From Bilabrum cf. latius (lineage: Eukaryota): a DNA stretch of 64,000 nucleotides. Shown piece by piece: positions 27,474-39,741 of this stretch (its first letter is position 1; the number at the start of each line of letters is the position of its first letter). The stretch is from positions 248,001 to 312,000 of the forward strand of contig OZ237767.1 of assembly GCA_965178125.1 (NCBI GenBank). Reading direction: 5' to 3'. Below the pieces are notes generated by a model that was not told the DNA's origin, made no database searches, and saw nothing but the letters and a program-made list of their open reading frames with translations. The position numbers and the translations under genes were made by a program.

Positions 27474-30347
27474 ATGATTGCTGGCCACACAGCTCGCGGA
27501 CAGGACCACCAGTTCAAACGTACAGAGCGATTGTATCGCCCACCCCACCGCTCCGAAGCCAACGGGTATTTCGGATCGGAGAGTATCGTGCCAGGGGCTG
27601 GACTGATAGCCTGCTTGAATGGGAAACGCTTTAGTCTCAACGGAGACGGAAAGATTCAAGCAAGAGCCTGAAACTCTTGTGACAGGCTATTTTGTATACT
27701 TGGAGGTTTTCGTCCCCCGAGAAGACAAAGAGCATGTCGATCTGATCAAGCCTTAGATCGAGCACGAGTTTGAGGTCGAAGTAGACTGGTAGGTAAGTTG
27801 TTGTTGTGTGTAGTTGTGCTTGCATCGCGCGACGCGCATATTTAGCTTCGTTAGCTGACCAACAACTCTTCATATGGCTTGCAGGAGTAGCAAGATGATT
27901 CGCTGTGGAGAGGCGTGTCACTAAATGGCGAAGCCCACGCTGTGGAGCGGTCGTACGAGCTGCTGGCACACGCAGTGCAAGGTGAGTTTTTGTGGCAACT
28001 TGGCGCGGTCTAACCTGCTTGTTGATTGTGCATGAAGAAATATTCCATGCTGGCCCTAGCTGATTCGCAGAAGTTGAAGTTGTCGTGGCAAGCTACCCAG
28101 TGGAGAAGACGAGGCTGAACGTGCTGGCAGCGCATCGGCTGGATACCATCAAGAAAATTGGCGCTGACAGCGGCGCGCGCATCTTTATTCCAGCTCCGGG
28201 AGATGAAGATGCCTACATGACTGTGAGTCCGCTGCGCGACAAGCTGTTCACGCCAGCGGAGATCAATGTTGTTGTTGTAAATGTACGCACACTACCTTCC
28301 ATTGGAGCACTGATAGGCACGTTGCACTTGAAACCATTGGCTTTTATTGCAGCTGGAAGGAACGATGAACCAGGTCACGCTCGCCTACCGAGCCATCCAC
28401 GAGCACCTGCTCCGGTACGGCCGCAAATTCCACGTCGAAACAATCACGTTCGACCACGGCGCGGTCGGGCACATTTTGGGCGGCAAGCACGCGAACAGGC
28501 TGTGTCTAGAGGCTTCACTCCTGTGCTCCATCAGGGTGACCGACGTGAAGCAGAGGATCACGGATGGCGGCAACGCGGCGCCGCAGGCGGACGGACCCGC
28601 CAGTGGCGCCGCGCAAGGCGGAACCGGGGAGGGCGGCAAGCCCCTGGTTGGGGTCAAGACGCGCCTGGAGCAGGTGGGAAAGGCCGTCATCCGAGGGCCC
28701 CTGGATTGCACCCTGCTCGCCGCCCGCGCCATCGAGATCATGGCGGAGGGGCAGAGTCTCACCACGGCCGTGCAGATGGCCCAGGAGACGCTCAGGGAGG
28801 AAGGAGTGGGGGTCATGATGCCAGTGGGACAGGCCTTGTGGTACGACCCGGACACGGCTCCCAAGCCGCACGAGGCGGCACTCAGGTACAGGCAGAAGGG
28901 CGGTGGCGGTGTGACGAGTGCAGGTGGTGTGACGAGTGGGGACCGCAGCCCGGCGGGCCCTCGGGGCAGGCCTGGGACGGCAGTTCCGCCTCCTGCCCTT
29001 CCAGCCGGCCATGAGCACCAGCACCAGCACCAGCACCAGCACCAGCACCAGCAAGGCGGTCGAGGGAGAGGGGGGAGCGGCGGTGACGGGGGTGATGCTG
29101 GTAGAGGAAGGGGGAGAGGGAGAGGGGGAGGGGAGGGGGGTAGGCCACCGGGGATGGCGGCGGTTGCGAAGGGGCCGCATGGTACTGCGGGGTTTGGTGG
29201 CAGCCGGGGACGAGGCAGAGGAAGAGGCCGTGGGGGGGCTGGGGATGGTAGGGGCGGCGGCAGCATGGGTGCTGGCAGGGGCCGAGGGCAGCTCATCCCT
29301 TTTTCGAAGGCGCGTGTGAGAGCAGGAGAGGGTGGACCGGGAGGTCCCGTTGCGGGTGCGTCTGATGGGAAGGGTACCGATGGCGGCTGGCAAGGTGCTC
29401 TCGGTGGGCTGGATGCCTGGGACAGCAGGGAGAGGGAGGGCGGCTTTGTGAGCGCGCCATCTCGTGGCGGCGGTCGGGGCAGAGGCAGGGGCGCTGGGGG
29501 TCGAGGGGGCGGGAGGGGGAGGGGGTCGAGCTTCGGTGGTAGGCAAACGAGCTGGAGGCAGCAGGCGGCTGTCCCACTCGTCACAGAGGACGGTCAGCCC
29601 GTAAGGCAGCGGCCAGTGTTCCTACCGCACCATAGGGGCGGGACCTCGGGCGGGGAAGGCAACGAAGCGCCGAGCGCAGGGCCACGTGAAAGCGGCAGGC
29701 AGAGAACAAGCGCAGGGCGGTTCTTTGTGGACCGCGGTGAGCCGAGGTCAGATCGCAGGCGGCCATCCAGGGAACAAGGCCGCCACGACGGGCGCGGCGA
29801 CGGCAGTGGCAGCAGCAGAGGAGGTGACCGGGACCGGGGTAGGGGTAGGGGGCGGGGGCGGGAGGGGCCAAGGGAGGGGAGCAGGACTGGCGGTGCGCCT
29901 GCGGGTGGATCCTCGACGGGAGGTGCGGCTGCTCGTGCACGGGGAGGAGCGAGGACGGGTGCGAGGACGGGTGCGAGGGGCGGAAGCAGTCCCAAGGCGG
30001 GTGGTCGTGGTGGCGGTTAGGTGCGCAAGGGGGCTGGGGGTGAGCGTGAGCGTGAGGGGGGCAGAGCAGGGAAGGGTGCGGGCGCGGGTGCAGGGAACAA
30101 GGGACCGAAGGTGACCGGTGGTGCTGCCAGCAGGCAGGTCGGTCGCGGGGATGGTGGGGGTGGGGCTGGGGGCGGCAAGAGGCAGGGTGGTGGGCGGGGA
30201 AGCGGCAGAGGAGGAGGTGAAAAGGGCAAGGGCCGGGGCAAGGAGAGCAAGGGGGGCAAGGGCGGGGAGGCGACCGGGCGCAAGGAAACGGGTGGTGCGG
30301 CGGCTAGGGCGCGGGCGGCAGGAGCCAAGGCGAGTGGCAACTCATGA
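27474..30347 (+). CDS. KH-domain RNA-binding protein with very long RG/RGG-rich tail (spliced 5' part)
   Basis: KH-like segments IKKIGADSGARIFI and AVGHILGGKHANRLCLE..AVIRGPLD; many GRGRGG repeats. 28347-30020 reads through TAG 30018 into 30021-30347 (TGA). (CACCAG)n HQ tract at ~29016-29051. Confidence 0.65.
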
Positions 30348-31039
30348 GCAGCGAGCCCTACTCCCTTTGCCCTACAAGCGCTTGCCTGCCTGGACTACTC
30401 GATACTAGCAGTAAGCACTTCCGCAGAGTGATGACCCGCAAGAAAACGGTCGAACAGGGGATGTCTAGCATGCCAGTGTGCTAGTGCCCGCTGCAGTCGC
30501 TGGGAGTTCGGCAGCCATCTGGCGGCACGGGCACTGGAAGGAGGGAGGGACTGCCTGTGGTGCAACCATTGCGAGATTCGTGTTGTGCTCCATTTTGGGC
30601 TGCCTGCCTGTGCATGTGGCAGCATTAGAGTCTCGTTTTCAGGTCAGGCGGAGTGGTCTGGGCAGCACACGCTGTCCGTGCATTGCGGCTGCTCGCACGT
30701 GCAGAGCTACCCGTGGATGCGGAAGCTGACGCAGCAACCCAGCTCCGGACTGAACGAACCGAACACCGAAGTATCCACAATTAAATTTGTTCAGATCAAT
30801 TTTTAACATTTGCAAGAGGCATGCTATGATAGATCCGGATCTCCGGAGTCCGGGCCAGGATAGCTCCAGCTTGATCCTGTGTGCATGTGACCGCAAGCAA
30901 GCCCGCTTCAGTTGGCATGCCACGCAAGTCGCACTTGAGCTTTAGAGCGGCGTCCATACTTGATACTAGATATTCTACCGCACCTCCCCGCCGCACCGGC
31001 ACCTTGGCCCGACACTAAACTCGGAGCCAATCCACAGGA

Positions 31040-34000
31040 TCAAACCTGCACCTTGGCCACCATGCTGTCGGTCAGCACTCGTACCCTGTCGACGTGGGCT
31101 CTGTCTCGCGGCTTGAAACGGATGTGCCGTGTTCCAACGAGCAGGTACCGTGTCACCACCTGCGACTCCTCTTTCAGGACATGGAATCCGGCGCCGGTCG
31201 CCATGCCGTCCGCGGCGTCACCACCTTTCGAATAGTCCGACCCGTTGCTATTCTTGGGAATCAGCTCGCACAGAGCCATCAGGGCTATGTTTCCACTCTT
31301 GGTAGGGTGCTTGTCCGCATCCTGATACTTCTTCACGAATTCTGTCTCCCGTTTTTCGGCTTTGGGTCCCGTCGGGTCTGGCAGGGCTGGGCCCCCAGGC
31401 ACAGCGGTGTCAAGTTGCTAGGCGTATTCCTGTGGGGTGAATTGCAGCATGGATCGCGGCCAAGTGGTGCCCGCCACAGAATACCCTGCCGAGGTCCCGG
31501 CATCATTGGCGAAATAGATCCCGCTGCCATGCGCTGCTCCGGCAGACATGTACTTGGTGTGGCTCATGTTCTTTAGGCCAGTCTTGAGTATGACGTGCCA
31601 GTTGGCTACACTGCTCCCGTGAAATGCGAAGAAGGAACCCCTCGAATTTTTCATACCCTGGAAAGCAGCTTCCCGCTGAAGCTCTCCCGCCTTAAACACG
31701 AAGGTCCAGCAGGAATCGCAGCCAGGAAGGCCCTCGCCGCCGTGTCCGTCGAGGGTTAGGCCACGGATGTGCGCAGGCGTGTCCACCACTAGCATCCGCA
31801 GGATCGGAGCGATCAGCGGGTGCCTGTCATGCAAAACTGTGAGCAGACCAGCCAAGCCCTCCCGCTTGGCTACCATCTGCATGAAACCGACAGAGGGACA
31901 CGCGTTCAATGCTGCGATCAGCTGCAATGCAGCCTTGTCGAACCCAACTCTCCGAAGTACTGCCATGCGGTCTTTCCCGGCCTAAATCTCCGCTGCAATA
32001 GCTCCTGCACCGGGACTCGAGCCCGCGCTTCCATCATCTGCAGCAGCAGAAGACTTGGATGCCGCCCCGCCCGTGGCTGCGCCAGAGTCAGCGACCCCAT
32101 CGGCCTCCTCCTTCGCGTTCACGAGGATCTGCGCTATCACGTCTTTGTCCCACCTGAGCTCCTTACGTTTGCTGTGCTGCAAAAATGAATAGAACAGCGA
32201 AATCAACAGGTCCATTACCTGCGGCTGCTGCAACACCATGCTGTCCAGCGCCATGCCCAGCCCTAGCTCGGTGTACCGGTGGGAGCACAGAGCGCTGCCA
32301 CAGATGGACGGCTTCATGCCAGACATTGCAAGGGGTCTGCCGCAGCTCAGGCACGTCCGATGGGCGTTCTAGACCACAGCTTCCACGAAGAGATATATAG
32401 ACACCAGCGGGTTCCAAGTAGACAGGTATGGTTCCATCTGTGTGCGCACAAGCAGAGGATGCACCGATGGTCCTGCCGATCGCTCCGAAGATGCGCTCGG
32501 CTCGCGCACCAGTTTTTTGGGCTGTGCAGACGATCCTAAGAGAGCCGCTGCCGTCAGCATTGCGCCTCCCTCAGGTAAACTACCGGCCCCGGATGATGCG
32601 GGAGGTTGCGCGTACTTTCTAAAATCGAAGCTGCCGTCCATCACCTGGCTGGCAATGGCCTCTGCGGTCAAGGCTGCCGGGCCGCTCATCGCTGCTTTGA
32701 TCACCGAAAGTGACAGTTCTGGTGCCATTGCGCCGCATGTCTCCATCACGAACCTCGCCTACGAATCCATTTCTGCTGATGAAAGCACGGGCACGACTGA
32801 GTGATGGCCCCCTCCGGCAGCGGCGGCGGCAGCAGCGGCCTCAGCGGCTAGCTAGCTCGGCAGCTCGATTCCGTTCGCCGACGCAAGCATGCTGAGCGCA
32901 TGAGCATTGCCCAGCAGCTTCTCAGTAGCACCCCTGTTCCTGTCGCAGTTGTGCAGGGCAAGGGCTACGAGAGCTTTGGGGACGTGCTGGTGGGCCATGG
33001 CAAGCGACTCAATCAGCGGGTCACCGGCGCGTGCGGAACCTCGATGCGCAGCGCCGGCTCCCGGCTCCGGATCCCTCCTCATGGCCCAGTCGAGGCTGCG
33101 TGCCTCCTAACCCGGCGACGGAATTATGGCGAACCCGTGCGAAGGTTCGTCATCGGCAGACGACTCCTGCCTCGCCAAGTCAGGCCTCGCCATGCCTCCC
33201 TTCTGCTCCTTGATGTGTTCCCTGGATAGTCCGAGTGCCATTGCCCGTGGGATGGCTGCATACGAAAAGCCCACCTAATCTGCGTCTGACGCCAGCTGCG
33301 TGGCTAGATCGTCGGTGATGTCGTCGGGAGTGGCGTGTTCCGGCGCCCGGCTTCGCTTCACGGGCCACAGGAGCTCCGCGTGATTGCATCCCGGGAGCAG
33401 CGTACTGAGGTCGCCCTCGAAGCCCCCGACGGTGGACCGGTGCAGATCCTCCACGGGCGACTTGCTGCCAGATGCCGGGCTCGCGCTGGAGCCCCCAGCT
33501 GCGCCACCGTGCGATGCACTCGAAGACCTCCACTCTCCCGCGGCCGGTGCGCGACCGGAGACTCTTGGCCGGCCGAAACCGAACAGCAGGTCGACCCAAG
33601 ACACATGCTTGTTGCGTTGCATGAGCTCTCGGCTCGCCGGTGCTTCGGCTGCATCTCGCAAGCGCCCGCTCAAGAACAGCGAGAGCCTGTGTGAAATCAG
33701 GCCGGCCAGGCCGCACCTGCAGTGGTTTTCATCCTGTTTTAGCTCGGATGATAGTTTGGTTGGGTCTTTGACCTGTATAACTGCGTCCGGCTGGACCATC
33801 GGGCGGGCATCAGAGTGTCGCTCGGCATCATAGCCACCCCTGAACATGATTCGGAAGGCAATCCATGGAAATGCTGGGTTTAAGCCAAGAGCCATCGCCT
33901 ACTCGCTTCCTAGACGGAGTCGCTTGAATGAAATACATAACCAGACCGATCGCTATGAGGCAGATAGCTTCAACACTCGGGCCTCGACGCCTGGAATGTG

Positions 34001-34180
34001 CCTGGATACAGACACACAATCTGCGTCAACCTGGTCTCCAGGTACCGGCATTGAATCGCTGTCGTCCGAATCGTCACCAATCATATGAGCATAGTCGTCG
34101 TCCATGCCCCCCCCTTCATATGAACCTCCCTCGTACGATCCTTCATAATCACCCACATAGGAACCGTCTCCGTCGTCCAT
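31040..34180 (-). CDS. PARP6/PARP8-like mono-ADP-ribosyltransferase with UBA-like segment
   Basis: FAFHGSSVANWHVILKTGLKNMSHTKYMSAGAAHGSGIYF..SAGYS, LMALCELI, VVTRYLLV; Cys-rich CLSC..MKPSICGSALC..MDLLISL. Seven ORF pieces in one frame joined by TAGs; TGA at 31040-31042. Confidence 0.85.
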
Positions 34181-34392
34181 GACCAAATCGGATTGTCTGG
34201 AGCTTTCCAGTCGTACCGCTCGCCTGCAATATTCCTCTCTAGAAGCCTGAATATAAAATAAATTGAATGGTGCGGGTCGATGTATCCGGAGTATGGCTAC
34301 AACTAGGCCTACTGTGGGTGTGTATCCAAAATCCGGAGTCTGGATCGAAATACAGATCCTACGAGTCGGAAATGCTCGTTACTAGATTTTGA

Positions 34393-36291
34393 GAATTTCC
34401 TCTACGCGACTTCAACCTGCCACACCTGCAGGTGGCGCTCAACCAGTGGGACCCGGCGGAGGAGGTCGGGGAAGGTGCGGCGGCAGGTGCCGGGGAGGCA
34501 CCCCCTCTGCTGAACCCACTGCGAGGGCGCACCGCGCGCCTGAACTCCCTTGTGGACACTGTGATGACCGCAATCTCGAAGTACGGGAGACTCGTACAAG
34601 AGGGGAAGCAAGACAATTTCGGGATGGCTGGTTTCCCGAGTCCGTTGCTTCCACTTGTTCCGGAGGCTGACGTCCCCCCACGCTATGGTATGGTGTGGGA
34701 CACAGCCCGCACTTCGGAACTCCTGGGCAGCCCAGCCGAGAAGGCAGCCCGTATGGAGCTGTGCGGTGGGGCCACTGAACCCTGGCGCCTGGAGGTGAAG
34801 GACCTTCGGGCATGGGTGACGAGGCAGCTGGCTGGGGAGCAGCCGGCACCCACCGCATCGCAGGCGGTTATTCGTTTTCTCGAAGGTGCCGCAGGAGGGC
34901 ACAACCAGAGCCATGTGACGGCACTGGCTGAGCGAGTGCAGGTGGAGAGGCTCCTCTGGGATGCCTCATCTCCGCTTGCGCACGACAGACTCGCTCCAGT
35001 CGATGCAGTCACCAGAGAGTACGCAGGAGTGGCGCGAGCCACAATCCGCGCCGCCAGGTCCCAAGGAGCCGGGTCTTGGCTGCATGCGCCGCTCTCTGTC
35101 CTGAGCCGAGTCCAGCCTGAAGATGCCCGGGGCATGTTCTGCCAACGTCTCGCCATCCCATAGCCGTGCAGCTGTCCCCCACAACCTCTTGGGGCAACGC
35201 ACGGTGCATGTGGGGAGGCGTGGCGCGTCACGCAGATCTGCCCGGGGTGCCGGAAGCAGGGCAAGGTAGTCGAACTGATCTAGTCAGTTCGCCACGGTGC
35301 CACGTGCAAGGACAAGCGTGTCTGCGGAGGCCTTCCAGGCCGCAGGCACTTCCGTGTGCTCAACGTGCTCGAGCAGGTGGTCCGCGAGGCCACGGGCAGA
35401 CGCCCTATCCGGGAGCCAGAGGGCCAAGTGGCCCGGCTGCCGGGTCGGCGCGGTCCGCTCGTGCCACGAGGCGACCTGTTCTTTGAGCACGAGGGGACGG
35501 CTTATCTCATCGATGTCACGGTGGTTGATTCCACTGCGGCAACTTACCGGTGGGACCGCTCGTCGTGGAGGATTGGCAGCGACTGGCAAGAGGGGTCTGC
35601 TTTGCGGGCCGCGCATGCCACGAAGCTGGCCAGCTACGGCAGGCCCGTCGACCTCGGAGCGCTCGGCGTCCGGATCGGAGGAGAAGACAAGTGGTGTCCT
35701 GGGACCGTGAGGACGCAGAAAGGGGCGGTACGCAGTGGCGTGCGGGTCGTACCTTTTGTGGTGGACGTGTTGGGGGGAATCGGGGAGAAGTCGGTCGAGT
35801 TCCTGCAGGTGCTCGACAAGTTGCGGAAGAAGAGGTAGGAGGACAAAGGGCGGCGGGTTTCGACTCGTCCGGCCAACGCACGCCTCTCGTGGTCTTCTGT
35901 GGCAAAGGCTCGCCTCTCCGTTGCCGCCTAGCACCAGCACGTGCGCGGGGAGCAGCGTGTGTACCACACTATGTACTCACGGGTCATGCAGGACCACTCA
36001 AGGATCCTCGATTTTGTCTCGAAGGGATCGAGGAGGGCTGCAGCGAAGGCCAAACGGGCGCTCGCAAGGGCGGTCCGGGAGGACTTTGCCAGCCTGGCTG
36101 TAGGGGCAGCCGAAAACAACAACCTCGCCGTGGCGATCGCCAACGTCAAGGCAGGGTTGGCTCAGAACGGGCAGCAGGACGGGGTGCCGGCAGCGGGCGC
36201 CGGAGGGAACGTGAACGCTGACGCTCCCCAGGGGGAAATGGGTCCCCAGGGTGGAGCTTAGGTGGTTTAGGCCATTGCAGCTGAAGCGTGA
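34393..36291 (+). mobile_element. 5'-truncated non-LTR retrotransposon with restriction-like endonuclease (CRE/R2-group-like), RT domain absent
   Basis: One frame with TAGs at 35161, 35281, 35836, 35929, 36259 and 36268; TGA at 36289. Motifs GAGSWLHAP..RLAIP, zinc knuckle CPGC..HGATC, RRH, PRGDL..IDVTVVD, AAHATKLASY, VVPFVVDVLGGIG..FL. Confidence 0.75.
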
Positions 36292-36424
36292 AGTCTGGTA
36301 GGTCCCGGGCCCTCGTTCCAGATGTTTCTTCGTGATAGCGTGCGCTTTTGAGTTGAGTCCACAAAATATCAGATCCCCCCCCCAATTTCCTCTTGGTCCG
36401 GTCATTTACCACGTACATTCCAGC

Positions 36425-38373
36425 ATGAAGAGATCCCGTGATTATGATCAAACCAATTTGGAGCAGCCCGCCTCTCAAAAGCCCCGGGTCGATCAACTCC
36501 CCCAACTGGATGCCGAGGCTCGGTAGGTCCGGCTGAGCAAGCTCCAGCGGTAGATTGCCCACGAATTTAAAGCAGACTTTGGTAAAAAAGCTCGCGAAGC
36601 ACTAAGTGAAACGATGGATCAGCAAAAACTAGCGGAAGCTTCTCTTGATACGGCTGTGAAGCGGCAGCAGCAGGGCATGCCAGCAGACGTTGAGTAGGCC
36701 AAGAGGACCCTAGAGGAAGCCAAAGCAATGCACGAGCGATATCGATAGTTTGCAGAACAAGCTGAGCTGACGGATTTACATGAGATGATGGACAAGGTCC
36801 GTCTGCTCCGAGGCGTGTCTGTGATTGGAGCTCTGCGAGCCGGCGAAGAACGCGCAGTCAGAACCACCGGTGAGACCAAACGCACAGAGAATTGCACGCT
36901 TTAGCTCACAGCCATATTGTTCTTGACATTCTCCCGCCGAAAATCGCCGTCAAACCGCCCACAGATAGAGACACAATGCGGTGCTTCTCGTGCGGCAATG
37001 AGGACCAGGGCTGCTTCCGCACTCGTCACGAAACGGGCGACACAGTGTGCACAAAGTGCGGCGTGGTGCAGTCACAGCGGAACGCGTTCGACGGGGACTG
37101 GACCCGGAGCTTTGAGGGGGACGATGACAAGTCACAGACGGGCGCCGCCCCCTCCCACCTGCACTCGGCCTCGTACAACCTCCGCACCAGCCTGGGCGGG
37201 ACCGAGGGGGTGAGCAACGAAGTTCTAAAAACGCTGCAGAGGGTGCAGAAAACGATCGATGATGACTACACCCACGGGGCCGTGAAGGGCGAGCGAAGGA
37301 CGAAAGACTCGACCAAGGACCGACAGAAGGAGCGAGCCTTCGACAGCATCAAGCAGGTCGCTGACAAGCTGGCACTGCCCGAGCGAGTGGTTGCAACCGC
37401 ATGCAACCTGTTCGCACAGTTCAGGGACAACCGAGAGAACCTTCACGCCTACGAAAACGTGCTGACGGCTTGCCTCTCCGCTGCACTCGAGGACATGCAG
37501 CAGGCGTACACCAGGCAGCAGCAGGCGGTGGTTGAGCTCAAGGCTCCTGCGGGTGGGGCTGGCGCGGGTACATCGGGGGGTGCAGGGGGTTATACGGGGG
37601 GCGGACTCATTGCGTCTAGTTCTGGCAGCAGTGCTAGTGCTAGTGCTAGTGCTAGTGCTAGTGGTGCCTCGGGCTAGCAAGGACCGGGGGATGGGGCTGT
37701 TGCTGCTGCTGCTGCTAGCTCAGCTCCGTCAAGCAACAGCGAAAATGCAGATGACGAATTTGTGGTATCTGTGGAGGGCGGGGCCCAGGATGGGGCGGCA
37801 TAGAGCCCCGTAGGCCCCGTGGGAAGCAATGCGATTCAGTCGCAGATGCTTCCACGCAGTACCGGGGTGGTGTCATCTCAGCATGTGGCAGGAGAGACAT
37901 CTCCATCTTCATCTGCAGCTTCGGTCACTGCCACTGCCCCTGCGCCTTCCCGCCACATAGTAGTAATCCGGTCCGAGGCGGGACCGAAATCGGAGGCGGA
38001 GCGTGCGCAGCTAGAATTAAAGCGGAGGCGGTTCGAGGCGGACCTGAGGCGACGGACGGCTGCCGTGGCAAAGACGACGTTCGTGTCGATCGGTACTGCC
38101 CTCGGTGCTGGTAGTAGTCGCACGGGTAGGGGCGTGGGCCTAGGGCGTGGCAGGGGCAGGGGCAGGGGCAGTGCAGGCAGGTCCATGCCTGGGAAATCGC
38201 TATCCCGAGGCCTGGGTGGTGTGACAGGTCAGTACGGTTTGATAGGGTCTAGCAGACGAGCCGCAGTCGGAGCAAGCAGCAGCAGCAGCAGCAGCAGGAG
38301 CGCTGGATCTAAAGCTAGCAAAGGGACTGTTGCTAGTGGTAGTAAGGCAGGCAAGCAAGACGGAAAAGAGTGA
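36425..38373 (+). CDS. TFIIB-related factor (N-terminal helical extension, Zn ribbon, single cyclin repeat, low-complexity tail; intron ~36869-36964)
   Basis: CFSC..GDTVCTKCGVV..WTRSF Zn ribbon/B-reader; RAFDSIKQVADKLALPERVVATACNLF cyclin fold. First exon from ATG 36425 is open only with TAG read-through (4 TAGs); TGA at 38371. Confidence 0.75.
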
Positions 38374-38437
38374 TTTGTCACAAACATGCATCCAAATGCC
38401 ATCACCAAAATCTTGCTTCAAATCACGTGCATCTGCA

Positions 38438-39481
38438 TCAAATCATGGGCAAAAACACACCGTGCAGCAGACCGAGCATCTGCAGCTCGGTAAGCCGGAA
38501 GTGCCTCCGCAGGCTCTCCACCCCGTCCACGAACTCCGCCGCGCTGATCCTGGCGTCCTCGTCCGAATCGAGCACTTTGAACCACTCCGTTGTGGCCTCT
38601 TCCGGTGCTGTGCCCCGCTTGTACAGCACAGGCACCAGACACAGGCGAACCAGCCGGTCCAGCTCGGTGACGTCGAGCCAGCCGTTGCTGTCCTTGTCAA
38701 GCTTCGCGAAGGTTCTCTTTCGAACGTTCACGTAGGTTCGATCGATCAGTGCATCATCCGGGTAGATGCACCCGCTGGTGCTGCCTGTGCTGCACTCCCT
38801 CAGTAGGAGCACGCTGGCAGCAGAGGAGGTGGCTCGCAGGGAAGGGCCGTCAGAAGGGGACAATTGGTGGGAAGGGGGGGCATCTTTCACGGAGACTTCG
38901 GATGGATCTTTGACTGCGCCTTCCTTGGATGTCTTGGGATCATCAAGTGTGCCGCTGGCAGCGAATTCGGCGGCGGGATCACTGCCTGTGGCTGCTGTTG
39001 GGTGCTCGCCGGCGGCTTCAGAGGCCCCTGCTGCCCCGCCGGCCGTTGGACTAGCGATGTCTGCCTTCTTTGCCTCCTCTTCCAGTGCTTGCAGGGCATC
39101 TCCCATGACTTCGAACAGGATCACACGACGCTGCGCGTCATCTGCCGGCAGCGAGACCGGCACGTTGAGCGCTGCGAAGCGGATCATGGTACCGATGAAC
39201 TCGTCCCTGCTCAAAGAGGCGTTCCGGTCCTCGTCTGCCATATCAATAGCGGCTGCTGCAACTTTTAGGGCGGCCTCAAATGGGGGCATCATCGGTTCCG
39301 ATGTACCTCGCTTCGTCTCGTCTCGCAAGAACATGCCGAAGAATATTGCACTCTCCGCTAACTCGATCGAGCCATTGCCGTCCGCGTCAAACGCATCAAA
39401 TACGGCCCCAATACGCTCCACGAGGATGCCCAGAAGCTCCTTGCCAGATATCTCAGGAACGGTAGGACCAGCTGATGCCAT
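38438..39481 (-). CDS. EF-hand calcium-binding protein (4 EF loops)
   Basis: DADGNGSIELAE, DEDRNASLSRDE, DKDSNGWLDVTE, DSDEDARISAAE; ATG to TGA intact. Confidence 0.9.
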   Translation of the reverse strand: MASAGPTVPEISGKELLGILVERIGAVFDAFDADGNGSIELAESAIFFGMFLRDETKRGTSEPMMPPFEAALKVAAAAIDMADEDRNASLSRDEFIGTMIRFAALNVPVSLPADDAQRRVILFEVMGDALQALEEEAKKADIASPTAGGAAGASEAAGEHPTAATGSDPAAEFAASGTLDDPKTSKEGAVKDPSEVSVKDAPPSHQLSPSDGPSLRATSSAASVLLLRECSTGSTSGCIYPDDALIDRTYVNVRKRTFAKLDKDSNGWLDVTELDRLVRLCLVPVLYKRGTAPEEATTEWFKVLDSDEDARISAAEFVDGVESLRRHFRLTELQMLGLLHGVFLPMI

Positions 39482-39741
39482 TTGACAGAATCGGCCTACC
39501 GACTCGTCGAGAGTTGTTTGGCAGAGTCACCAACGGGGCATCACTATAGCAAGATCCGACAAGAAATATTTATAAAAGGGTCTAGTGTGGATGGTTCGGC
39601 AGCGGACAGAAGCAGAATCGGAGTAAGTTTGTCGTACCTGTCCGTTCAAGTCTATCGTGTTCCGGTTCCGGCTTGCCCGCCAGCGCAACTCCGGCAAACA
39701 AACCAACGGCAACGCAAACTTCATCATCGAGAAAAGCTCGT

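Noticed and set aside
30400-31030. Short ORFs between the KH gene and the PARP-like gene (likewise 1-460, 5600-6300, 12400-13050)
   Set aside because: No recognisable motifs or consistent frame; treated as intergenic/UTR, though small spliced exons may be missed.
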